From contig NZ_CP010546.1 in NCBI RefSeq assembly GCF_001272835.1, forward strand, positions 30,001 through 62,000: a stretch of DNA of 32,000 nucleotides, in the 5' to 3' direction. This document shows positions 11,392 to 22,411 of this stretch, in pieces. A program made the translations under genes and the position numbers. This stretch comes from Mycoplasmoides pneumoniae FH. Its GTDB lineage: Bacteria > Bacillota_I > Bacilli_A > Mycoplasmatales > Mycoplasmoidaceae. How positions within the stretch are numbered: position 1 is the stretch's first letter; each line of letters begins with the position of its first letter. Under the pieces are notes generated by a model. That model did not search any database. It had not been told where the DNA came from and worked only from the letters and a program-made list of their open reading frames with translations.

Positions 11392-13392
11392 ATGAAAGCG
11401 TTCCGAAAATTGTTGCTGGGTCTCGCCTTACCCACAACCATCGGTCCCTTATTAGGCTTATTATTAACTAATACTGATACTGTCAAAAATGAAAGCTTAA
11501 CTACTGTGCGCCACAGGTCCAGCATTAACCAGGACTTTGATGGCATTTTTCATACCGTTAAGTTATTAGAACCAATCCAGCAAAGTAATGCTGATCCCGC
11601 CGCTAGTTTTGCGCTCTTTCAGCAAAAGTTTCCCAACCTAAAACGTGTAGCCAACTCCACCTTAAATACCTTTGATGTCTACAACCTTTTGAGTGGTTGG
11701 AAGAGTAGCTTAACAGCGTACCTCAACCAGGTGTTGGCACTCCAACAACGGATTAAAGCAGCTGATCAAATTTTCCCTAACCAAAAGGAAACTTTACCCA
11801 AGGATGAGAATCCCAACATCTTTGAAGTGTTAGGTGCATATGGTGGTAAGGGTTTCTTTCCCACGCTAGGATCCAACGGGTTACACCTGCCACCACAGCT
11901 GTTCCAGTTCTTCCGTGACTTCCAACTAAGTAGCTTTACCATTAAAGACTTTGAGGTAGCGTTAGTGAGTGAACCGGACATAGTGCAACATGACAAAGTG
12001 CGCTATGCCTTTCAGGTGCAATTTAACTTAGTGTTACAATTACAAATTAACCGTAACCCAGTGTTATTTGACTTTAACCTACAGTTAAAGACGAATAACT
12101 TTGCCAATCAAACCAGTTTTGATGAATTGTTTAACGAAAAAACTAATCCACTTAACTGGCAGTTCTTTAGCAAGCTTAAAGTTAACCATTTAGTGTATGA
12201 AGGCAATGACATAACTCAGTTAGCTAATACCTTATTACAAAGCCAGTTTAATGTCTTACAACTTGATTTAAATAAGTCAATTTACCGCTTGAACTTAAAC
12301 GCAATGGCACAGCGCTTTGAACACGACTGGGTACAACCGTTGTATGCCAAACGCACGCAGGCCAAAATTGCTTACGAAGCGGAACAAGCACGGATTGCGG
12401 CCGAGAACAAACGCAAGGAACTAGAACGGCAAAAGCTGTTAGCAGAATTGAAAGCCAAAGCTGAGCATTACCAAAAGATCAAGCAAGCACGGGAAAACAT
12501 GCTAAAGGGCTTAAAGAGTATTACTGATTTTGTCAAGTTCTGAAAGAGTCCGGACCGTTTATTAGTTGGCTTTAACAAACAGGACGACATTACTACTCGT
12601 GCTGGGGTTTACAAGGCGTTACAAATTGCTTACGCTAACTATCCGCAGTGAACCTTTTATCTAACCCTACAAGGTTGGAAGAATGGTTCGGAGTTGTTGT
12701 TAAAAAGACCTAGTTGAACTAACTTATTAAGTGATATCCACTTCCAAAAGGCCTTTAACTTAAAGAACACCGTATCAGAACAAACCCTGGGTGCAGCTAC
12801 CCTACCAGGTTATGGTTACTATGGCTTACGCATGAGTGACTGGTTGCGCTGGGCTTTGGGCTATTACTCCTATATCCATATGGGCGTACCGCAAAATGTA
12901 CAGACCAAGTTTACGGGCACCCCAGATAATGAACAACAAGTCTGGATTGCTAACGAACCGTTTGAATGGAACAAACATTACGGTGTTGGTCCTAAATACA
13001 AGGATAAGGCCTACCGCTTTAACATGGAAATTAGTTTTGAACTAGAGGGTTGAATTGCTGTTAAGTGGTGAGCATGAGCCTTTAAGGGTTCAATTCCTGG
13101 GAACTGAAAAGGCAAACTCAAAGTAACCCATCTGTTTGATGGTATGGTACCAGTGTGGGAATTGGGCCCAGTCAATACCCATTTACCCCAATACAGCTTT
13201 ACCGATCAGCAACAACTGTTGTTTGTACCCCACTCCATTCAAAAGATTGAAGCGATTGGTGCGGACAAAGGTATAAACGATCTTTTAAAAACCCAAAACC
13301 TCCATAACCTAGAGCGCTTGTCATACGAATCAACTAACCCAATTGACCTCATTTCTTACCTCTTGTACGCGATCCAGTACATTAAGGTTTAG
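11392..13392 (+). CDS. MG032/MG096/MG288-family protein, paralog P1, ~666 aa; signal-anchor-like N-terminus without lipobox Cys
   Basis: Track ORFs 11389..12543, 12832..13053 and 13144..13392 are in one frame (TGA = Trp). Shared blocks: [69 protein letters not shown]. Likely start ATG 11392; the track uses TTG 11389. Confidence 0.85.
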
Positions 13393-13563
13393 TCACTTTC
13401 AGCAGTTAAAGTTCAGGTGTAAAGTTAACGATTAAGATCAAAAACCGTTCCTAAAAAAAGATCTTTTTCTAAAATCTAAGCGAGTTACAACTCAATTTAA
13501 ATTTTCTCTCTGGTTGGTTCGCCAACAGTTTTAGCCACTTCAACATTCGTCAAACACCATTAA

Positions 13564-15585
13564 ATGAAAACACTGCACAAGTTGCTGTTGGGGCTTTCCT
13601 TACCAGCAATCCTCGGTCCGTTGTTTGGTCTACTAGTTACAAAAACTGATGCTGAATCACCAGTTGCAGCATTACATAAATCGAAATCTTTTAGCAAAAA
13701 CTTAGATAGTTTCCGCGCCTTATTTGTGGGCGAGGATATTGAGGAACAACTAGCTAAGGTACAACAACAAACACCAGAAGTTAGCTTTGCTAGCTTTCAA
13801 CAAAAGTTTCCTGATAAGGCCAGTTTAAGAAACGGTTTTCAACCAATTGATGTTTACAACTTTTTAAGTGGTTGAAAAGGTGCTTTAGAAAACTTCTTGG
13901 CTAAGGTAGTTGAACTGCAAAAGAAGATTAAAGCAGCTGACGATATTTTCCCGAACCAAAAGAAAAATCCCGACAAGAAAGATAACCCAAATGTTTTAGA
14001 AGTGTTAGGTGAATACGGTGGAGATGGTTTCTTTCCTACATTAGGTAATAACGGTTTAAACATCCCGGACCAAGTTTTCCAATCCTTTAATAACTTCCAA
14101 ATTGAGAACTATAAGATTAGTGACTTTAAGGTGGACATTGCCAGTGAACGTGACATTGTCCAACACGACAAGTTCCGTTTTAGTTATGTCGTTAACATTG
14201 GTTTAGAGTTAGCACTTTTAGTCAATAAGCGTCCGGTTTACTTTAACTTTAGCTTGGATCTGCGGACCAATAACTTCTCCAACCAAGCCGGTTTTAACGA
14301 AATCTTTAATGCGCCTGGTAACGCAGCTACTAACTGACAGTTCTTCAGCAAGATTAAAGTGAAACAGTTGAACTATGATGGTAATGACAGTACCCATTTA
14401 GCCAATACCCTCTTACAAGATCAGTTCAATACCTTAAACTTAAACTTGCAAAAGTCGATCTATGAGTTGCCATTAACCGAAATGGAAACTAAGTTCCAGC
14501 AAGAATATGTGGAACTTTTACTAGCTAAACGTAGAGAGGAAAAACGACTTTGGGATGAAGAACAAAAACGAATTGAAGCAGAACGGAAACAAAAAGAAGC
14601 AGAGCTAGCACAAATTCAGCGTGAACTTAAAGAAAAGGCTGAGAAGGATGCGGCGGTTAAACAAGCTCAAACTAACTTAAAAACTGCTCTAAGTAGTGTG
14701 GAAGGCTTTGTGAAATTCTGAACTGAAGGTGAAGACCGCATTAAGTTGGGTTTCACGAAGGAGGACAACCTTTATACCCGTGCAGGTTTAGTGAAAGCAC
14801 TCAAAATTTCGTTTGCTAACTACCGCGCTTGAACCTTCTACATTACCTTGCTTGGTTGAAAAGCAGGTAGTGAAAAGTTACTTCGGAAGACTAGCTGAAC
14901 TAACCTATTAAGTGACGTTAACTTCCAAAATGCTTTTGGCTTAAAAAATACAGCATCGGAAGAACAAGTTGGTAAAACATCATTACCAGGTTATGGTTAC
15001 TATGGAATTCGCATGAGTAACTGACTCCGTTGGGCATTAGGTTACTATGCTAATACCCATGCGGGTAGTCCACAAAATGTGAAAGCCACCATTGATGGTA
15101 ATCCAAGTGATACCACCAAAGTATGGATTGCACCAGAAGACTTTAAACAGGGTGTACACATTGGTGTGGGGGAACACTTCAAAGGTAAGGCTTACAAGTT
15201 TAAGTTTGAAGTTAGTTTTGAATTAGAAGGCTCGATTGCAGCCCACTGGTGAACTTTAGCCTTACGTGGTAACATCCCGGGCTACTGAAAGGGTAAACTC
15301 CAAGTAACCCACACTTTTGATGGTGATGTACCTTCCTGGTACTACGGTTCGGTACATACCCACGCTCCTGAATACCGTTTTACTGAAGATAACAAGCTAT
15401 TATTTGTACCGCACTCCATTCAAAAGATTACCGCTGTTGGTGGTGATAGTAATGGTGTCAACGGCTTGTTGAAATCACAAAACTTACATAATCTCGAACG
15501 TCAGTCTTATGAGGTTACAGCACCAATTGATCTAGTTTCCTATTTGATGTTTGCGATTGCTAAAGAACCAACAAATAACTGGTAG
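13564..15585 (+). CDS. MG032/MG096/MG288-family protein, paralog P2, 673 aa
   Basis: Starts [33 protein letters not shown]; track ORFs 13564, 13897 and 14359 are in frame, and the remainder is open through TGA codons to TAG 15583-15585. Same conserved blocks as P1. Confidence 0.87.
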
Positions 15586-15651
15586 TTCTTTGCTGTATAT
15601 AATTAGCGCTTTATCTAGCACTATTTAGATTTCAAAAAAAGTCTAAGTGTG

Positions 15652-15707
15652 AATAAAAATACTAACAGCAAAACCTAATCAATATAGGCACTGTTGGTAT
15701 TTTTATT
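15652..15707 (-). terminator. Long inverted repeat between convergent genes (candidate bidirectional terminator)
   Basis: Left arm aataaaaatactaacag (15652-15668) and right arm ctgttggtatttttatt (15691-15707) pair at 16 of 17 positions as Watson-Crick, the other being T.G. U-rich distal arms; right arm ends 11 nt from the DUF16 stop. Confidence 0.6.
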
Positions 15708-15718
15708 GTTATTTGGAA

Positions 15719-16161
15719 TTATTTAGATTCCAAATTGTCTAGACGTCTGTTTATGCCTTCAAGTGCTTTCAAAATTAATCTAAGTGTTTCTCCTTGATTT
15801 TTTTGTTCAACTTGAAGCTCTTTAATTTGTTGGCCTTGAACGATAACAACTTCAGTTAGTCGATCAACTTTGTCCTCAACAACTTGAATCCTTTGACCCT
15901 GACTCTTTAACTCAGTTTCAATCTTTGTAAGTCGTTGGTCTTTTGATTTTTTGTACTCGTTAAACTCTTTACGCGTTACGTATTCAGTGTTCACTGGTAT
16001 AACCGGTTTGTTAAGTTTAAATTGTCTGTTGAAATTGCCAGAGAATTCCACACTGTTGTTGTCTTTGTCGATAATATATCAACCTGAAAAAGTACCCTTT
16101 TGGTCTTTTTCACCATGTCATGAAATTCTTTTTCGTTATAAAACGGAATTTTCTCTTTCAT
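15719..16161 (-). pseudogene. DUF16 / UPF0134 coiled-coil protein, apparently frameshifted near the N-terminus
   Basis: RBS GGAGG then ATG 16161 gives MKEKIPFYNEKEFHDMVKKTK; the rest of the family-like protein (GTFSGWYIIDKDNNSVEFSGNFNRQFKLNKPVIPVNTEYVTRKEFNEYKKS...NRRLDNLESK) is in the frame reached by adding one base near 16098-16101. Intact portion from GTG 16051 is 110 aa. Confidence 0.6.
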
Positions 16162-16361
16162 TAAGCCATACCTCCTTTCTTTTCAGTGAAATTTAAAAAG
16201 TAACTACTAATTGCAACTTTGTTGTCAACGAGGATCAACTGCTTGATTGATCAATATGCAAAATTATTTCTGTGCATAATATTGTCTCCACTAAATAAAT
16301 TGACCAGACTTTAAAAAGGTGCCAAAAATTAAATCAAAAAGTTTTTAAGGATTTTTAAAGG

Positions 16362-16413
16362 AGTAAAAGTACCAGCAGCTAACCAATAAAGATTAACTGC
16401 TGGTACTTTTACT
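16362..16413 (-). terminator. Perfect 17-bp inverted repeat (candidate terminator of downstream-located minus-strand DUF16 gene)
   Basis: agtaaaagtaccagcag (16362-16378) / ctgctggtacttttact (16397-16413), 18-nt loop, perfect complementarity, 11 nt from DUF16 stop at 16425. Confidence 0.65.
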
Positions 16414-16424
16414 TTGTGCTTTAT

Positions 16425-16799
16425 CTACTTAGATTCCAATTTGTCTAAACGTTTGTTTATACCCTGGAGAGCTTCGAGTATTAATTGAAGTGTCTTGCCT
16501 TGAGCCTTTTGCTCAATTTGAAGTTCTTTGATTTGCTTGCCCTGAGCTCTGAATTCTTCCTTAGTTACAAATTTTTCACTAAGTTCAACTAGAAGATCTT
16601 GTTTGAACACTTCTAGTTTTTTATCCAGTTGTTTATGGGTGACGTATCCACTTTTACCTTTTTCCATATGGTTTAAATTGCCATGAAATCCCATGTCGTA
16701 GCTACCATCAGGTAGTTCTTCTTCCCATGTATAACAATCATTAATCTTATCTTTATTTAGTCTTTTCTTAAACAAAGTAAGGGAAATTTTGCGTTTAAT
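16425..16799 (-). CDS. DUF16 / UPF0134 family coiled-coil protein (~124 aa if ATT start, 116 aa if TTG 16775 start)
   Basis: ORF ...[72 protein letters not shown]; C-terminus homologous to the neighbouring DUF16 gene. GGAGG (minus strand) sits ~8 nt upstream of ATT 16799. Confidence 0.7.
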   Translation of the reverse strand: MKRKISLTLFKKRLNKDKINDCYTWEEELPDGSYDMGFHGNLNHMEKGKSGYVTHKQLDKKLEVFKQDLLVELSEKFVTKEEFRAQGKQIKELQIEQKAQGKTLQLILEALQGINKRLDKLESK

Positions 16800-17176
16800 G
16801 GCAAAGACCTCCTTTATTTATTGATTGGAAAAAGGTGAAAGTGTTTAAAGAGGTAGGCACCAACAGGTCACTGAGCGAGTTGACTGCCCAAATAAAATAA
16901 ATGATTTTTTAAAACTGTCATTTTATTACGCATACATCATTTAAATTACCCAAAAAACAAAAAGACGCCAAAAATTAGTGTGCAAATTTTACGAGTTTAA
17001 AAGTGTCTTTTTTAACTGGTAGAACTTTGTCTCAAAAATTAACAACAGTTAAACCGGCAAAAATAAAAATTTTGGGTTAAACTTTGGGGCGAGGTTTCCT
17101 CAGTTAAATATCCTTTTGGTTGGTTTTGCCAACAGTTTTAGTTGTCAGATTTTTTATTTGAGATTGCTAATAATTA

Positions 17177-19213
17177 ATGACAAAACTCCCTAAATTGTTA
17201 CTGGGGTTAACCTTTTCTGTCTCACTTATACCGTTTTCTAGTTTGCTTATTACTAGTACTGATGTCAATAAGCAACCGGTTCCAACTGCCTTACAACGCA
17301 CTGGCGCCTCTGCCATTCATGAAGGTAGTTTTCAAACTATTACTTTAGGTCAAAGTTTAATGGAGCAAATTGAACAGCTCCAACAATTTACGCCAGCGCA
17401 GCGCTTTACCCAATTTAAAAAGAAATTTCCCAACCAAAAATTACTCAGTCAAAGTGAGTTAAGTCCAGTTGATGTTTACAATTTTTTAAGTGGTTGACAA
17501 GGTGCTTTGGTCTCTTTCTTGGATAGAGTAATTAAATTACAAGGCAAGGTTAAGGAAGCAAATGAAATTTTTAATCCAAATGTAGGTGATCAAATAGTTT
17601 TACCTAAAAAGGAAAACCCGAATGTTTTGGAAGTATTGGGCGAGTATAACGGTTTTGGTTTCTTCCCTACATTGGGTAAAAACGGATTAAACCTACCACA
17701 GCAAATCTTTGAAAACTTTACTGACTTTAAAGTAGAGAGTTACCAAATTAACGATTTCAAGGTAAGTCTAGTGGGCGAGCGTGACATTATTAAAAACGAC
17801 AAAGTCCGTTTTTCTTACGCGGTGCAAATACCACTCAACTTAGAACTGCTTGTTAACAACCAAAAGGTTACTTTCAATATTACGGTTGATTTGAGAACCA
17901 ATAACTTTTCTACCCAAGAGACTTTCAATGATTTATTCAACAATGGAACTGCACCAACCAACTGACAGTTTTTTAGTCGAATAAAGGTAAATAAGTTGCA
18001 CTATGACCAAACTGATGCCACCCATTTAGCTAACACCCTACTACAAGACCAGTTTAATGCGTTAAACCTTGATTTACAAAAATCGATTTACGACCTTAAC
18101 CTTGATGGTTTAGAAGAAAGGTTTGAAGAGGAATACGCTAAGCCACTTCGTGAAAAAAGAACTCAGCAAAAGAAAGAATGGGAAGAGGAATAGCGAAGAC
18201 GGGCAGAGGAAGATGCTAAACTGCAAAAAGAAATTGAAGAACAACAAAAGAAACAAAGAGAACAAGCAAAAAACGATGCTGAGCTCAAAAAAGCACAAGA
18301 TGATCTCAAAGTTGCGCTTAATAGTCTTGACGGTTTTGTTAAATTCTTTACATCAAACGAAGGTCGCTTTAAATTAGGTTTTGAAAAGACAGATGACATT
18401 AAAACCCGTGCAGGGTTATACAAGGCACTGAAAGTTTCTTTTAGTAACTACCGTGCTTGAACCTTCTATCTAACTTTATTAGGTTGGAAGGAAACTACCG
18501 CAAAGATACTTACAAAAGCTAATTGAAAAGATATAAGAAGTGACGCTAATTTACGCAAGGCCTTCGGTTTAAAAGAAAGTGCCAACGAAAAAGAGGCTTC
18601 CAGGGTCATTACTCCGGGTTATGGTTACCAAGGTATTCACTTAAAACAATCGTTGCGTGAGGCGATTGATAAATACGCTACTTACAGCGTTTCTCGACCA
18701 AATAACGTCACAACTTATTTACCTGGCAAAGTTGATGGAAGTGGAAAAGATCAAATTTGAATTTCGCCAAACAACTTTCAAGTGAATCGGGAATGGGGTA
18801 ATGGTGCACATTTTAAAGATAAAGCATATCGCTTTAATTTTGATGTCAAAGTTGAATATGATGTAGAGGTAAAAGCTGCTTGATGAACTGCTCTTTTCCG
18901 AGGTAGCATCCCAGGGTATTGAAAAGGTAAATTTAAAGTTACTTACTCCTTTAATGTTGAAGTACCTTCTTGAAACTATGGTGACAAGCAAGTGCGTCCA
19001 CCACAATACAGTTTTAAGGAACAAGAAAAACAACTTTTATTTGTACCACGTCATGTACAAAAAATTGAAGCTGAAGGTAAACACCTTGAAATAATTAATC
19101 CGTTCTTAAAAGATCAACATTTAGATTTTTTTGAACACTACCACCCAGATTTAACGCAGCCTTTAGACATGGTGTCATACCTAATGTATGCCATCGCTGA
19201 CAAGGTGAAATAA
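17177..19213 (+). pseudogene. MG032/MG096/MG288-family paralog P3, full-length except for one internal in-frame TAG (18191-18193)
   Basis: Track ORFs 17177, 17507, 17996 and 18992 all share one frame; the only non-TGA stop I found is TAG 18191-18193 ([27 protein letters not shown]). The downstream half is homologous to P4 through ...VSYLMYAIADKVK*. Confidence 0.8.
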
Positions 19214-19274
19214 CAAAAACATTTTGTCTGACAGTTGTAGCGACTCTTATCCATTTCTCAATTAATTATTAGTA

Positions 19275-21293
19275 ATGAAAAAACTCCACAAAATTTTATT
19301 GGGTTTATCTTTGCCCGCATCTTTGGCGCCCTTATCTGGGTTTATTAGTACTGATGCTGATAACTCACAGTTTTCACTAAAGAAGTCTAGCACTGAAATT
19401 AAAGGTACACAATCCATTCACCTGCTTAATTTAGGGGAAAGTTTAACTGAAGAAATTAAAGAGGCACAAAAGCGTACCCCAGAAACTAGTTTTGCCAGTT
19501 TCAAACAAAAGTTTCCCAATAAGGAAAGTTTTGTTAAAGGTTTTCAACCAATTGATGTCTACAACTTACTAAGTGGTTGAAAGGATGCCATTTCATCCTT
19601 TTTAGATAAGGTTGTTGAGCTACAGAAAAAGATCGAAGAAGCTAATAAAATTTTCAACACTAATATTGGCAACCAAATTGATTTACCCGAAGATGAAAAT
19701 CCCAATGTGCTAAACGTTTTGGGCTCATATGGTGGTGAAGGGTTCTTTCCTGCATTGGGTAAAAACGGGTTGAACCTACCACAACAAATCTTTGAAAACT
19801 TCACTGATTTCAAAGTTGTTAGTCATAAAATTCATGACTTCCAAGTAAGTTTGGTGGGCGAACGTGACATTATTAAAAACGACAAAGTCCGTTTTTCTTA
19901 CGCGGTGCAAATACCACTCAACTTAGAGCTGCTTGTTAACAACCAAAAAGTTACTTTCAACATTACGGTTGATTTGAGAACCAATAATTTCTCTACCCAA
20001 GAAACTTTTAACGAGCTGTTCAATAAATGCATTGGCCCCGTTAACTGGCAATTCTTTAGTAGGGTTAAAGTAGATAAATTGCACTACGATCAAACTGACG
20101 CTACTCATTTAGCTAACACGTTGTTACAAGACCAGTTCAATGCGTTAAATCTTGATTTAGAAAAGTCCATCTATGACTTGGAACTACCTAGATTAGAAGC
20201 AGAGTTCCAACAAAAATACGTTGATCCTTTAATTGAGAAAAAGCAAAGACAAAAAGCAGAGTGGGAAGAAGCGGAACGTATCCGTAAGGAAGAAGAGGAA
20301 AAACACCAAAAGGAGCTTGAAGAACAACAAAGAATTCAAGCAGAAAAAGCGAAAAATGACGAACAGTTACGTAAAGCGCAAACTGAATTGAAGAAGGCGC
20401 TTGGTGGCATCGACTCCTTTGTTGAATTCTTTACGAATAATGATTTACGTCTTAAACTAGGTTACACCAAAGAAGACAACGTTAGAACCCGCGCTGGACT
20501 TTTTAGAGCACTAGAAGTTTCCTTTGGTAATTACCGCGCTTGAACCTTCTACATTACATTATTAGGTTGAAAGGATACTACTGAAAAGATCTTTAAGAAA
20601 GCTAAATGGCAAGACATTAGGGATGATGAAAAATTCCGTAAGGCCTTTGGTTTAAGTCCAAAAGCCACCGAAAAAGATGTTGGTAAAGTAACCAATCCAG
20701 GTTATGGTTATCAAGGGATTTACATAAAGGATTCCCTGCGTGATGGAATTGCTAAGTACTCTGATTCGACGGTGTCTGAACCTAAAAACGTTAAGGTTTC
20801 TTTACCAGGTACTGTTGGTGATAATGAAGAGGGTAAGATCTGAATTGCTTCCCATAACTTTAGACAAAACCACGAATGGGGTGCTGGTGAAAAATTTAAA
20901 TATTCAGCTTATCGTTTTAAGTTTGATGTAACAGTGGATTATGATGTAGAGGTAAGTGCTAAATGATGAACTTGAGCCTTTCGGGGTAGTATTCCAGGAT
21001 ATTGGAGGGGTAAATTCAAGGTTACCTATTCCTTTGATGGTGTCGTACCTTCTTGGAAGTATGGTCACATCCAAGTGCGTACGCCACAATACAGCTTTAA
21101 TAAGCAGGAACAAAAGATTCTGTTTGTACCCCATGCTATCCAAAAGATTGCTGCTGAAGGTAGCAACTTAGATTTAATTAATCCATTCTTAAAGGATCAA
21201 AAATTAGATGAATTTGAGCACTACCACCCAGATTTAACTAAACCATTAGATTTAGTAGCTTATCTGTTATACGCAATAACCACGAGATCATAG
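19275..21293 (+). CDS. MG032/MG096/MG288-family protein, paralog P4, 672 aa
   Basis: [31 protein letters not shown]...; track ORFs 19275, 19707 and 21075 in one frame, TGA read as Trp, TAG stop at 21291-21293. Confidence 0.88.
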
Positions 21294-21294
21294 T

Positions 21295-21340
21295 TGCCTA
21301 GTGGGATAATTAATAGAAATAAGAGCTTCTAGGCTTTTTT
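21295..21340 (+). terminator. Possible intrinsic terminator after P4
   Basis: GCCTAG (21296-21301) ... CTAGGC (21329-21334) followed by TTTTTT; stem is short and loop long. Confidence 0.35.
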
Positions 21341-21549
21341 CATTTATTACAGCTTTTTCTTGGTTGATAAATTTACAAACAACTGCATTTGCCCATTTTA
21401 CAAAAGTGCTAAATCAAGGGCTTTATTTGAAAATTGACCCGTTAAAAAGTTAATTAATGGGAGGATAAGCAAGCTTTAAAAAGCGCAAAATAGCGTTTAA
21501 AAAACACCTACTGTTTTCAGTTTTATTTTGAAAAATTCTAAATAAGAGA

Positions 21550-21555
21550 TATAAT
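21550..21555 (+). promoter_or_regulatory. Candidate -10 box for glpF
   Basis: TATAAT in gagaTATAATtttactg about 60 nt upstream of the glpF ATG. Confidence 0.4.
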
Positions 21556-21616
21556 TTTACTGATAGCTTTTCTTAAAAAATAACTTTTTGAGAGGGCGAA
21601 AATTCTTTTTACTAAT

Positions 21617-22411
21617 ATGTTTAATTTAAGTGATTTTAGTGAATTACCACGTTGGATTGGTGCCGAATTTTTAGGCACATTCTTTTTAATTCTTTTAGGT
21701 AACGGTGCTGGTTCGCAGCTAACACTCAATAAGATGTTTGTTAAAGAATCGAAAGCAAAGTTACTAACTGCTGCTTTTGCTTGAGGTATTGCTGTATTAG
21801 TTGGTGTTTTAATAGCTAACTCTTTGTTTGAGGGTGCGGGTAATATTAACCCGGCAGTGAGTTTGTTCTATGCTGTTTCGGGAACTATTCAAAAAGCTTT
21901 ATATCCATTGCATGTAAACTTCAGCATTCCATTACTTTGAGTAGCACTCCTACTTGCTTGAGTAGCACAGTTTGCTGGGGCAATGTTGGCACAAGCATTG
22001 TTAAACTTCTTGTTCTGAAAGCATATTGAACAAACTGATCCACAATCGGTTTTGGTTACCCATTGTACTAACCCAGCAATCTTTAACATTCCTCGCAACT
22101 TTGCAACTGAGTTTGTAGCAACTAGCGTTTTAATTGCTAGTTTACTGGTGGCTGGTAGTTTTGGTGCCAACCGATTTGACCAGTCACCACGAGGGGTTGT
22201 ACCAATGTTAGTGGTTACTGGCTTAATTATGTCTTTTGGTGCCGCTACTGGTACTGCAATTAACCCAGCCCGTGATTTAGGTCCGAGAATTGTTTACTGA
22301 TTGAGTCCAATTAAAAATAAGGATCCTAACTTAAAGTACAGTTGGATTCCGGTAGCTGCACCTCTAAGTGCTAGTGTTATCTTAGGTGTGCTTGTGGCTG
22401 TTATCGTTTAG
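21617..22411 (+). CDS. glpF: Glycerol uptake facilitator (aquaglyceroporin, MIP family), 264 aa
   Basis: [26 protein letters not shown] and AINPARD (two NPA boxes); TGA read as Trp throughout; track ORF 22052.. is an out-of-context fragment of it. Confidence 0.92.

Noticed and set aside
13455-13468. Palindrome AAAAAGATCTTTTT between P1 and P2
   Set aside because: Only a 7-bp half-site with zero loop and little GC; as an RNA hairpin it would be weak. Noted but not called a terminator.
15951-16196. Plus-strand 81-aa ORF opposite the DUF16 gene
   Set aside because: Antisense to a family-conserved coding region, no homology seen.
18123-18377. Plus-strand [33 protein letters not shown]... spanning the TAG of P3
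   Set aside because: Different frame from P3; arises from low-complexity Lys/Glu coding DNA. The P3 frame shows family homology on both sides of the TAG, so this is not a frameshifted continuation.
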